Shown: one piece after another, positions 9,888-18,693 of the stretch | Numbering within the stretch: position 1 is the first letter of the stretch | How the letters are laid out: each line of letters begins with the position of its first letter | NCBI GenBank assembly: GCA_029781795.1 | Contig: JAKOWB010000072.1 | Span: 68,331 to 132,330, forward strand | Reading direction: 5' to 3' | From: Pseudomonadota bacterium | GTDB lineage: Bacteria; Pseudomonadota; Alphaproteobacteria; Kiloniellales; JACOMY01 | DNA: 64,000 nt | Notes under the pieces: model-generated | The model's input: only the letters and a program-made list of their open reading frames with translations | Databases searched by the model: none | Told to the model about the DNA's origin: nothing | Translations under genes and position numbers: made by a program

Positions 9888-11447
9888 TCAGCCGTTCTCG
9901 GCGTGGAGGATCTCGAGCTGCGGCAGCGCGTAGCTGGCGATGCCGAGGTCGGCCGCCAGCGCCGCCAGACCTTCCGTCTCGATCAGGTGGCGGTAGGGCC
10001 GTTCGGGGAAGACGAGGCCGGCGCGGTGCAGGTTGGCGTCGACCAGCAGCATGGTGGCGCCGAGGCCATCCACCCGCACCTTCGGCAGGTAGCGCAGGTC
10101 CTCCAGGTAGAGCCGCCCCAGGCCGCGCGGCGGCTGGTAGAGGCCATCGCGGTAGTGGCGGTACCACTCCTCCAGCGGCGGCTCCCAGTCGGTGACGAAG
10201 GTATTGAGGTCGAAGGAGGGGCCGCCCGGCTGACGAACGCAGTGCGGCGTCGCCAGGCGTTCGCCGGCCGCCAGCAATCGCGTCAGCACGTCGGGCGGGA
10301 AGGCCACGACATCGGCGTCGATCCACAGCGCCCAGTCGGCCGCGCCCAGGCCCTGGCGGATCAGCAGGTTGCGCGCCCGCGCCAGCCCGCCGCGGCGGAC
10401 GCGCTGGTTCTCCGGCGCCCAGCGCTCGCCCGCGATGCCGTAGGGCGCCGTCTCGCGGAAGAGGCGCGCGGCCGCGTAGCGCCGGCCCGGCCCGGCGCAC
10501 CAGCGCTCCACGAGCGCGGCGCTGTCGTCGCCGCTGCCGCCCTCGAGGAAGGCGAGGGAGAGGCATCCGGCCGGCTGCTCCAGGCCTTCGATGGCAGCGA
10601 ACAACGCCGGCAGCGTCGCGGCGGCGTCGCGCAGCGGCACCAGGATCGCCACGCTGCCATCGGCCGGCGCGCGGCGCGCCAGGAGCGCGCGGTCGAGGCC
10701 CCGCGTCGCCCGCCGCAGGCTCATCGAGCGTTCCTGGCGCAGCAGCTTCCAGACGGCGCGCAGGCGGCGGCGATAACGCTTGAAGCGGCGCTCGCGGCGG
10801 CCGCGCTGAATCCAGGTTCCGGCCCAGTGGTGTTGCGCCAGCGGCGGCGCGGCGCCGACCGGGCGGCCCTCGCGGTCGCGCGGCGAGACGCACTCCGGCG
10901 GCAGCAGGCGGATCGCGTCCTGCCGCGGATAGTCGAGCAGCGCCTGGGTCAGGATGAAGGGGCCGGTCGCGTCCAGCACGCTGCGCGCCCGGTGGTTCTG
11001 CAGCAGCAGGCGGCGCAGGAAGGGCCAGAAGTCGTGCCCGGCCGGCGAGGCCATGACGGCGTTGCAGGCGATCCAGGGCAGCAGGCGCTGGCGCACCCGC
11101 GGCAGGGCGGCGTGGCTCGGCGGTTCCGGCGCCAGCACCAGCCGCGCCTCGCCGGTCAAGGGTTCGAAGCTGGCCAGGCACTCGGCGTCGAGGTCGGCGT
11201 AGACGCCGCCGAAATGCTCGAGCAGCAGGTAGCGCGCGAAGTCCGCGCGCATGATGCCCTCGGGGTAGCGATGATAGATGCGCAGCAGCGCCGGGAAGCG
11301 CTCGGCGACGAAGTCCTCGAGCGCGGCGTCGGTCCAGAAGCGGTAGTCCCAGTCCGGATGCCGGCTGCGCCAACCCGCCTGCCAGGCCTGAAAGCGCGCC
11401 GGTACCTGCTCGTCCCGCCACATCTGATGAATGATGCGCGGGATCAT
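9888..11447 (-). CDS. Two-domain glycosyltransferase: N-terminal DXD sugar-binding (Och1/Caps_synth-like) and C-terminal Anp1/Mnn9-like domain
   Basis: N-terminal domain: IIHQMWRD and YADLDAE (DXD). C-terminal domain: WIDADVV. The 519-aa ORF converges on the ABC operon. Confidence 0.65.
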   Translation of the reverse strand: MIPRIIHQMWRDEQVPARFQAWQAGWRSRHPDWDYRFWTDAALEDFVAERFPALLRIYHRYPEGIMRADFARYLLLEHFGGVYADLDAECLASFEPLTGEARLVLAPEPPSHAALPRVRQRLLPWIACNAVMASPAGHDFWPFLRRLLLQNHRARSVLDATGPFILTQALLDYPRQDAIRLLPPECVSPRDREGRPVGAAPPLAQHHWAGTWIQRGRRERRFKRYRRRLRAVWKLLRQERSMSLRRATRGLDRALLARRAPADGSVAILVPLRDAAATLPALFAAIEGLEQPAGCLSLAFLEGGSGDDSAALVERWCAGPGRRYAAARLFRETAPYGIAGERWAPENQRVRRGGLARARNLLIRQGLGAADWALWIDADVVAFPPDVLTRLLAAGERLATPHCVRQPGGPSFDLNTFVTDWEPPLEEWYRHYRDGLYQPPRGLGRLYLEDLRYLPKVRVDGLGATMLLVDANLHRAGLVFPERPYRHLIETEGLAALAADLGIASYALPQLEILHAENG

Positions 11448-12640
11448 GCCGGGGCAAGTCCCTCCAGCAGCGCGCAGATGCGGGGCGCCAGCCGCTCGGG
11501 CGCGTAGTCGCGCTCGATCCGGGCGAGACCGCCGGCGCTGAGCCGTGCATAGAGCTGAGGCTCGCGCAAGGCTGCCAGCGCCGCGTCGGCCAGGCCCTTG
11601 GCCCCCGTGGCGAGCAGCAGGTCCGTGCCGGGCCGCGCGTCCAGGCCCTCGACCGCGCGCGGCGTCGCCACCACCGGCAGGCCGGCCGCCCAGGCCTCCA
11701 GCACCTTAAGGCGCGTGCCGCCGCCCTTGAACAGCGGCACCAGCATGAGGTCGGCCTCGGCCAGCAGCGGCGCCACGTCGGGCGGGTCGGCCACCAGCCT
11801 GAGGTTCGGCGCGGCGCCCAGCAGCTCTGCCAGCTTGCGCGAGGGCGCGCGGCCGGCGACCACGATCTCCGCGCGCGGCTCCGCCACGGCCAGGCGTGGC
11901 GCCACAGCGCGGGCGAGATAGCGCGCCGCCTGCACATTCGGCGGATAGCCGAGCTGGCCCAGGAACAGCAGGCGGATGGGCCCACCGCTCGCGCTTGGCG
12001 GCACCCTGCGCGGCGCATCGCTCCGCAGACGTCCCGGCGGCACGCCGTTGGGCACGACCTCCAGCCGTGCCCGCGCCGGGCCCAGCGCTGCGAGGCGCTG
12101 GCGGTCGAGGTCGGAACAGAGCCAGATCTGGTCCGCGGCCTGCATCAGCCGCCGCTCGACCCGGCGGATACGAGCCGGGCCGCGATCCAGGAAGCGCCGC
12201 TCCAGCCACTTCAGCGGCAGGCGCGGTGGCACCAGGCGGCGATAGAGGTGCGATTCGACGTTGTGCATGTCCACCACCAGGCGCGCGCCGGTGCCGCGCA
12301 GTCGCGGCAGCAGGCCATGCAGATGCGTGTGCTCGAGGACCACAACCCCTGGCGCGAAATCCGCCAGCACGGTGTCGAGTTCGGCCAGGGCGCGGGCCGA
12401 GAGGCCGACGTCCAGCGGCGTCTCGCCGCCGGCGCCCCAGACCTCCTTCGGGCTGCGCAGGTCGAGCCGCCGCCACAGCGCCAGGCCGGGCGGCGGTGGC
12501 GACTCCTCGGCCGCGGCGGTCAGAAAGACGGCGCCGGTCTGGAAGCGGCTCGCGGCGGCGGCGATGTTCTGCCAGTCGCGCAGCTCGGGTCCGGCCACCG
12601 GCGGGTAGGGCCGCTCGATGGTGATGAAAAGGACCCGCAT
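11444..12640 (-). CDS. Glycosyltransferase family 4
   Basis: Internal ATG at 12640 (MRVLFITIERPYPP) is chosen over the longer ORF. The C-terminal GT4 motif is LEAWAAGLPVVAT. It overlaps the downstream gene by 4 nt. Confidence 0.7.
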   Translation of the reverse strand: MRVLFITIERPYPPVAGPELRDWQNIAAAASRFQTGAVFLTAAAEESPPPPGLALWRRLDLRSPKEVWGAGGETPLDVGLSARALAELDTVLADFAPGVVVLEHTHLHGLLPRLRGTGARLVVDMHNVESHLYRRLVPPRLPLKWLERRFLDRGPARIRRVERRLMQAADQIWLCSDLDRQRLAALGPARARLEVVPNGVPPGRLRSDAPRRVPPSASGGPIRLLFLGQLGYPPNVQAARYLARAVAPRLAVAEPRAEIVVAGRAPSRKLAELLGAAPNLRLVADPPDVAPLLAEADLMLVPLFKGGGTRLKVLEAWAAGLPVVATPRAVEGLDARPGTDLLLATGAKGLADAALAALREPQLYARLSAGGLARIERDYAPERLAPRICALLEGLAPA

Positions 12641-12764
12641 GCCCCGTTGATCCCGCGCTTCCACGACGCACCTTACGGGTGCGCCGCGAGACTTGCCAAC
12701 CGTCGGGCGCTCTGGCGGAACTAGCAGCCGTCGAGGCCCGCGTTCTCGCGCCAGGAGGCTTGGT

Positions 12765-13721
12765 GTGTCGTCCCCGCTGGTGGCTGTGGCGATCTGCACC
12801 CGCAACCGGCGGGCCAGCCTGGAGCGCGCCCTGGCCAGCCTGCTGGCCGCGCCGCCGGCTCTCGACTGGCAGCTCCTGGTGATCGATAGTGCCAGCCAGG
12901 ACGAGACGCCCGGGTGGCTCGCCGCTGGCCTGCGGGGCCTGGCGCTGCCACGCGGCCTGTCCCTCAGCCTCTATCGCGAGGACGAGCCGGGCATCGCGCG
13001 GGCGCGCAACCGTGCCCTGGCGGAGGCAACGGCGCCCGTCCTGCTGTTCCTGGACGACGACTGCACCGTGGCGCCCGGCTGGGTCGAGGCGCATCTGGCC
13101 GCCTTCGACGATCCCGACGTCGTGGCGAGCGGCGGGCGCATCCAGCCCGTGCTGCCGCCTGGTGTGCCGGTGTGGATTCGGCACTTCTATCTCGAGGAGG
13201 AAGGTGGGCCCGGCGGGCGCTTCGATTTCGGCGACTTGCCCTGCGACCTGCCGGCGGTACCCGGCGGCAACCTGCCCTTTGGCGCCAACATGGGCCTGCG
13301 CCTCGCGACGGCGCAGGCGGCCGGCGGCTTCGACCAGCAGCTCGGCTGGGGCACCGCCGCCAACCTGCCGGGGGAGGAGACCGATCTGATGCGCCGCCTG
13401 CAGGCGGGCGGCGGACGGCTGCGCTATCTGCCGGGGGCACGGGTCCAGCACCACCTGGCGGCGGGCAGCATCTCGCCGGCCCGCTACCTCAGCTACTACG
13501 ACGGCGTCGCCCGGCTGCATGCGGCGCGCCTGCTTGTCGAGGAGAGTGGCCGGCGCCAGCATCGCCTGGCGACCCTGCGCTACCGCGCCTGGCGGCTGGC
13601 GATGGCGGCCCGCGTCGCCGGGCTGCTTGGCCGGCGCGGACGGGCGCTGGAGCTGCGGCGACGGGTCGTCTTCGCCAGGGCCTATGTGCGCGTCCGCCGC
13701 GCCGGAGCGAAGCCGCGCTGA
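12765..13721 (+). CDS. Glycosyltransferase family 2
   Basis: GTG at 12765 sits 7 nt after AGGAGG. The N-terminal GT-A core reads VAVAICTRNR...LLFLDDDC (DXD). Confidence 0.7.
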   Translation: MSSPLVAVAICTRNRRASLERALASLLAAPPALDWQLLVIDSASQDETPGWLAAGLRGLALPRGLSLSLYREDEPGIARARNRALAEATAPVLLFLDDDCTVAPGWVEAHLAAFDDPDVVASGGRIQPVLPPGVPVWIRHFYLEEEGGPGGRFDFGDLPCDLPAVPGGNLPFGANMGLRLATAQAAGGFDQQLGWGTAANLPGEETDLMRRLQAGGGRLRYLPGARVQHHLAAGSISPARYLSYYDGVARLHAARLLVEESGRRQHRLATLRYRAWRLAMAARVAGLLGRRGRALELRRRVVFARAYVRVRRAGAKPR

Positions 13722-13822
13722 CAGCGAGCGACGGTCCCAGAACGTCGCTGGGGCGGCAGCCTCGCGGCTGCCGCCCCAGTCCGTTCCGCCTGCCCGATGG
13801 GCAGGGTTATGGAGCCGTCGCC

Positions 13823-13909
13823 TTAGAGGAGGGTGAGCAGCCCGAGGCTGAAGACCGCCACCACGAAGGCGACGCCGACCTGATTGAAGGCGCTCTGAAC
13901 GGCGAACAT
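13823..13909 (-). CDS. 28-aa hydrophobic peptide MFAVQSAFNQVGVAFVVAVFSLGLLTLL (candidate small membrane protein or type-I-toxin-like)
   Basis: ATG is preceded by AAGGAG. Upstream are a perfect sigma70 promoter (TTGAGA-17-TATATA) and a 5' UTR hairpin. It lies in an AT-rich islet. Confidence 0.4.
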   Translation of the reverse strand: MFAVQSAFNQVGVAFVVAVFSLGLLTLL

Positions 13910-13951
13910 GACTTTGGCTCCTTTGGTCTGTCGCGTTGCGGCGACAGCATC

Positions 13952-13980
13952 TATATACCAATTTAATACCAATTTCTCAA
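13952..13980 (-). promoter_or_regulatory. Near-consensus sigma70 promoter (-35 TTGAGA, 17-bp spacer, -10 TATATA) driving the small peptide gene
   Basis: Read directly on the minus strand. The spacer contains a direct repeat, AAATTGGTAT x2. Confidence 0.5.
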
Positions 13981-14065
13981 GCGCCGTCCCGTCACGCGGC
14001 CATGCGCGGCACGCAGAGCTGAATATTCTCGTGATATCCGAAACTTAATGGTCTTAAATGCTCGT

Positions 14066-15421
14066 TTAAGACGACAGGATGACAAGTTCCATGGGGTGCG
14101 GCACACCAGCCACCATCTGGTCGGCCAGCCGGCGTCGCTCCGCCGGGGGCCGGTAGCCCTGGGCCAGTGCCAGGTCGTAACTGCTGCCGTCGGCCAGCGC
14201 GGCGCAGCCGACGACCTTGTTCTGCTTCTCCAGCTTCGAGGCCAGGTTCACCGTGTCGCCGATCACCGTGTACTCCAGGCGGCTGGCATCGCCGATGGCG
14301 CCGAACAGCACCTGACCGGCCGCCATCGCGCCGTTGACCCTGGGGGCCGGCAGGCCCGCGGCCCCCCGGTCGGACTGCCACTGCCTGGCCGCCGCCATGA
14401 TGGCATCCAGCGCCTCCAGCGCCTCGGCCGCCGGGCGCGCGCTCTCGCTGACCGCGCCGAAGCTGGCGAGGATGCCGTCACCCAGGAACTTGTCGACCGC
14501 GCCGCCGTGCTGCTGGATCAGCGGCACCAGCAGGGCCTGGTAGTCGGACAGCAGCCGCACCGTCTCGTCCGGCGGCCGCTCCGAGGCCAGCTTGGTGAAG
14601 CCGCGCAGGTCGAGCGACAGCACCGCGGCGTCGCGCAGCTCGCCCATGCCGGCCTGGATCGACTGCTCGGCGCCCTTGATGCGGGCGGCCACGCCGGCGT
14701 CGAAGAAGCGCGAGAGTTCGCGTGCCGCCAGGCCCTCGGTCACGGCGCGCAGCAGCAGCTGCTTGGCGCGGCCGATGGCCACCGCCAGGATCACCGAGAA
14801 GGTCAGGATGGTGATGATCTTGTCGAACTCGGCCCCCAGCAGTACGGAGTTGGAGGTGAGATAGGCGACGTAGTCGCGGGTGATCATCGGATTGCCGGGC
14901 TCGGCCAACACGACGTAGAGGATCATCAGGCCCCAGCCGGCGGCCGCGACCAGACCGGCCAGCAGTACGAAGCGCGCATCGAATCGCAGGGCGCGCAGGC
15001 CGATGAAAAGGAAGATGTAGAGCACCGTCGGCGCCTTCAGATAGAAGGAGGGCGGCTGGTGATAGGTCAGGTGGAAGGACCAGATCACCACCAGCAGCAG
15101 CCCCATGTCGAAGACCACCGAGAGCGCCAGCGACCAGTCCGGCAGGCGCCGCCGGTAGGACCAGACAAGCCTTACCAGCGTCAGCACCAGATAGGCCGCG
15201 AGCGCTGCCGGCACCGGCAAGGCGCGCAGGCCCGTCGCGGTCTTCGGGCTGATGGCCCAGAGCGTGCCGAACAGCAGCACGACGGCGAGCTGGATCCAGC
15301 CGGTCAGGCGTTCGCTCTGGTCCTGCTGCTGGCGGATGGCGTCCTGTACGCGCTGCGGCAGGCTTGCGGTCGCGGGGCCGAAGAGGAAGCTGCGGAGATT
15401 CGCGAGTCGAGCGATGGGCAT
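14066..15421 (-). CDS. Membrane-bound class III adenylate/guanylate cyclase (N-terminal ~6 TM domain plus CHD cyclase domain)
   Basis: The N-terminal 230 aa are hydrophobic helices. The C-terminal segment (LDLRGFTKL...FLGDGILASFG...YTVIGDTVNLASKLE) is typical of class III cyclases. Confidence 0.8.
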   Translation of the reverse strand: MPIARLANLRSFLFGPATASLPQRVQDAIRQQQDQSERLTGWIQLAVVLLFGTLWAISPKTATGLRALPVPAALAAYLVLTLVRLVWSYRRRLPDWSLALSVVFDMGLLLVVIWSFHLTYHQPPSFYLKAPTVLYIFLFIGLRALRFDARFVLLAGLVAAAGWGLMILYVVLAEPGNPMITRDYVAYLTSNSVLLGAEFDKIITILTFSVILAVAIGRAKQLLLRAVTEGLAARELSRFFDAGVAARIKGAEQSIQAGMGELRDAAVLSLDLRGFTKLASERPPDETVRLLSDYQALLVPLIQQHGGAVDKFLGDGILASFGAVSESARPAAEALEALDAIMAAARQWQSDRGAAGLPAPRVNGAMAAGQVLFGAIGDASRLEYTVIGDTVNLASKLEKQNKVVGCAALADGSSYDLALAQGYRPPAERRRLADQMVAGVPHPMELVILSS

Positions 15422-15489
15422 GGCGGTCGCATCCCGAAGGCGGAGCGCGGTGATAGCCGGTCCTGAGGCATCTGACCCTACACGACTGG

Positions 15490-16383
15490 TCAGGAGCGCG
15501 TGAGATCACCGTCAGGCATCGAATTGATCGACGCCGTTTCCAGCCAGAGCGCGGTTTCCACCGCGCCGGGGAACAGCGGCAGACGGCCGACCGCCGCCTG
15601 GGTCGCGGCGGCGAGCCGCGTCGCCGCGTAGTGGCTGGCGAAGACCGGCCTCAGGGCGCCGCTGGCCAGCCAGCCAACCAGGCCCTGCTGCTCGTTGTAG
15701 CCGCGCCAGGCCCAGCCGGCGGGATAGCCGTCGGGCAGGAAGATGTCGTGCACCTGGACCAGCACGCCGGGCGGCAGGCGCGGCAGCACCTCGGCGAACA
15801 GCAGGTCGACGTCCGAGCCGGGCATCAGCAGGTGGCTGGAATCGATCATGAGGACGTCGCCTGGCGCCAGCTCGGCGAAGGCGCCGAGGCCGGCGCGCTG
15901 CAGCGTCTGGCGGATCAGCGTCAGCGGCTGTCCGTCGAGGGTGGCGCGGGGCGCGGGGTCGATGGCGGTGACCTGGGTCGCGAGCCCGCCGTCCTTCACC
16001 GCGCGCAGCACGAAGCGGGTGGAATGGCCGCTGCCCACCTCCAGCACGCGCGCCGGGCGGCGCTGTCGCACCAGGGCATAGGCGCTGGCGGCATCGAGCC
16101 GCGGAAACCAGCCCTGGTCCCAGCGCGCGTTGCCCTTGCTGGCGGCGGTGGCGGCGATGGCGTCGAAGTCGGCGGCGTGTCCGGCGAGCCGCGCGAGGTG
16201 CGCCTTGAAGGCCGGCTCGGCGCGCTGGAACAGCGGCAGCAGCGCGGGATAGCCCGCCGGTGCGCTGACCTCGCCGGCATAGCGGTGCGGCAGGAACCAG
16301 CCGCGCGGCCTGAGGCCCAGCACCGTCGGCAGGCCCAGCGCGACGCGGCGGCGCCAGGGACGCGAGAGGAAGCGCGGGGTCAC
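15490..16383 (-). CDS. Class I SAM-dependent methyltransferase (Methyltransf_24-like)
   Basis: The VLEVGSGHST glycine-rich SAM motif is present, and a DIFLPDGYP segment resembles the O-methyltransferase family. Confidence 0.7.
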   Translation of the reverse strand: MTPRFLSRPWRRRVALGLPTVLGLRPRGWFLPHRYAGEVSAPAGYPALLPLFQRAEPAFKAHLARLAGHAADFDAIAATAASKGNARWDQGWFPRLDAASAYALVRQRRPARVLEVGSGHSTRFVLRAVKDGGLATQVTAIDPAPRATLDGQPLTLIRQTLQRAGLGAFAELAPGDVLMIDSSHLLMPGSDVDLLFAEVLPRLPPGVLVQVHDIFLPDGYPAGWAWRGYNEQQGLVGWLASGALRPVFASHYAATRLAAATQAAVGRLPLFPGAVETALWLETASINSMPDGDLTRS

Positions 16384-16401
16384 GGCCTGTTGTCCGCGCG
16401 G

Positions 16402-17259
16402 CTAGATCGCGAGTTCCATGCCCTCGCGCGCGACCAGGGTGCCGGGGCGCTCGCGCTCGGCGGCGTTGGCGATGCGATCCATGGTCTCGTCGTCGTGGCC
16501 GGGATCGTGGTGGAACAGCACCACGCGGTGCACGCCGGCCTGGTCGGCGAGGCGTAGCGCCTCCTGCCAGGTGGAGTGGCCCCAGCCGCGATAGCGCGGG
16601 TACTCCTCGTCGGTGTAGGTCGCGTCATAGATCATGGTGTCGGCGTTCGCCACCAGCTTGAGGATGGTCGAGTCGCGCGTGCCCTCGACGTGCTCGGTGT
16701 CGGTGACGTAGCAGAGGCTGCGCCCGCCGTGCTCCATGCGATAGGCGGTGGCGCCCTGCGGATGGTTCAGCGGCGCCGTGCGCAGCGTCAGGCCGGGATG
16801 CAGCGGCAAGGGCTCGCCGGCGGCGAAGTCGTGATAGGTGACCTCGGCGGCGAAGATCTGCGGCGGCACGGGGAAGAGCGGCGTCGCCATGTAGCGGCAG
16901 AGCACGTCGTTGATGCCCATGCCCGCGGCGGTCAGGTTGCCGGCCCAGAGGCGGAAGCGGTTGCCGGTCTGGAACAGCGGCTGGAAGAAGGGGAAGCCCT
17001 GGATGTGATCGACGTGGGTGTGCGACAGCAGCACGTCGGCGTCCACCGGCCCTTCCTTCAGCAGCATCTCGCCCAGCGGCCGAAGCCCGGTGCCGCCGTC
17101 GAAGATCAAGAGGCGCCCGCCCATCCGCACTTCGACGCAGGAGGTGTTGCCGCCGTAGCGCATGAAGCGTGGCCCCGGGCAGGCAATCGACCCGCGGACG
17201 CCCCAGAAGCGGACCAGGAAGTCGGACGGGACTGACAACGCTGCGACACCGTGGACCAT
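16402..17259 (-). CDS. MBL-fold metallo-hydrolase
   Basis: HTHVDH (the HxHxDH motif) and a downstream His. The 285-aa ORF lies 19 nt upstream of the methyltransferase on the same strand. Confidence 0.75.
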   Translation of the reverse strand: MVHGVAALSVPSDFLVRFWGVRGSIACPGPRFMRYGGNTSCVEVRMGGRLLIFDGGTGLRPLGEMLLKEGPVDADVLLSHTHVDHIQGFPFFQPLFQTGNRFRLWAGNLTAAGMGINDVLCRYMATPLFPVPPQIFAAEVTYHDFAAGEPLPLHPGLTLRTAPLNHPQGATAYRMEHGGRSLCYVTDTEHVEGTRDSTILKLVANADTMIYDATYTDEEYPRYRGWGHSTWQEALRLADQAGVHRVVLFHHDPGHDDETMDRIANAAERERPGTLVAREGMELAI

Positions 17260-17401
17260 GGACAGGACTGCCAGACTTTAGGGGAAGTGCCCGGTCCTCC
17301 AAACGAAAATCGCTTCCCGGCAGCATTCCGGGACCGGTTGCCAAGGCCGGGGCGCATGTCCAGACTGCCGCGCCGTTCCAGGCAGGGGCAGGGCAGAGGG
17401 C

Positions 17402-18595
17402 GTGCAAGAGGACAAGCGGAGCAACTGGACCGGCATCGCCTTCGGCCTGACGCTGGCCAGCTTCGCCGCATGGCAGCAGTTCAAGCTGCCGCCGGTGCTG
17501 CCGCTGTTGCTGGAGCGCTTCGGCTATGACCGCGTGCTGGCCGGCGCCTTCATGTCGGTCTATGCCGTCGCCGGTCTGCTGGCGACCTTGCCGGTCGCGC
17601 GCTGGATCGCCCGCGCGGGCGCCTATCCGGCGCTGTGGACGGCGCTGGTTCTCTTCCTGCTCGGCAACCTCGTCACCTGGGCCGCGCCCGAGGTCGGCTG
17701 GCTCGTGCTGATCGCGCGCGGCGCCGAGGGAGTGGCCTTCGCGGTCTGCGCGGTGGTCGGCCCGGCGACCGCGAACATGAGCGCCAGCCACCGCCCCCTG
17801 CCGCTGGTCATCGGCCTGACCGCCGCCTGGGTGCCGATCGGCCAGGTCGTCGCCAGCCTGGTGGCGCAGCCGGCGCTGACCAGCGGACGCTGGGCGATCG
17901 CCTGGTGGGCGGCGATGGCCGGTACGCTGCTGCTGACGCTCTGGACCTGGCGGATCCAGCGGCGCCGGGCCATCGCCTTCGCCGGCGCCGCGGCGGCCAG
18001 CGCGGTCGGCGGCACGCTGACGCCGCACGAGCGCCGCTCGCTGCTGGTCGCCGGCATCGCCTTCCTGCTCTTCTCCGGTCAGTACTACGCCTACATGACC
18101 TGGCTGCCGCAATATCTGGTCGAGGCCTTCGGCTTCGGTCCCGACGAGGCGCTGGCCGGCTACCTGGTGCCAGTGGTGGTGCTGGCGCTGTGGAACGTGA
18201 TCGGCGGCTGGCTGCTGCGCCACGGCCTGGCGGCCGGCCCCATGCTGGCGCTCGGCATGCTGCTGCAGGGTGCCTGCTGGTTCCTGCTGCCCTGGACCGA
18301 CGCGGGCTGGCGCGGCCTCGCCTCGCTGCTGGTCTATGGCATCGGTGCCGGACTCGCGCCCACCGCGCTCTTCGCCATGCCCTCCAGGGTGGTCGGGCCG
18401 GGCCGCCCGCTGGTGCAGGCTTTCAGCATCGTGATGATGGCGCGCAACGTCGGCGTGCTGCTGGGGCCGGTGGTGCTGGCGCAGCTCTCGAAGCTGGACG
18501 GCGGCTGGCAGCTCTCGGCGCCGATCTTCGGCGGCGTCTCCGCCGCCTCGGCCGCGCTCGGCCTCTGGCTGACCCTGCGCCTCAGGCGGCGCTAG
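17402..18595 (+). CDS. MFS transporter
   Basis: 397-aa ORF with about 12 hydrophobic segments and an MFS-like loop motif. The start is GTG. Confidence 0.8.
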   Translation: MQEDKRSNWTGIAFGLTLASFAAWQQFKLPPVLPLLLERFGYDRVLAGAFMSVYAVAGLLATLPVARWIARAGAYPALWTALVLFLLGNLVTWAAPEVGWLVLIARGAEGVAFAVCAVVGPATANMSASHRPLPLVIGLTAAWVPIGQVVASLVAQPALTSGRWAIAWWAAMAGTLLLTLWTWRIQRRRAIAFAGAAAASAVGGTLTPHERRSLLVAGIAFLLFSGQYYAYMTWLPQYLVEAFGFGPDEALAGYLVPVVVLALWNVIGGWLLRHGLAAGPMLALGMLLQGACWFLLPWTDAGWRGLASLLVYGIGAGLAPTALFAMPSRVVGPGRPLVQAFSIVMMARNVGVLLGPVVLAQLSKLDGGWQLSAPIFGGVSAASAALGLWLTLRLRRR

Positions 18596-18693
18596 GGCGG
18601 TTTCGCTTCTGATTGAATCGAACCGCTCTAGCTACCTATTGATTTCACGCATTTTCTTGACGCGAACCGGCGTCCACTTCGCTCGAGAATGCT

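Noticed and set aside
14066-15421. The idea that the class-III cyclase forms a Pycsar/CBASS-like anti-phage module
   Set aside because: The cyclase carries its own 6-TM domain, as housekeeping membrane adenylate cyclases of alphaproteobacteria do. No adjacent effector with a cNMP-binding, TIR or TM-only architecture is present.
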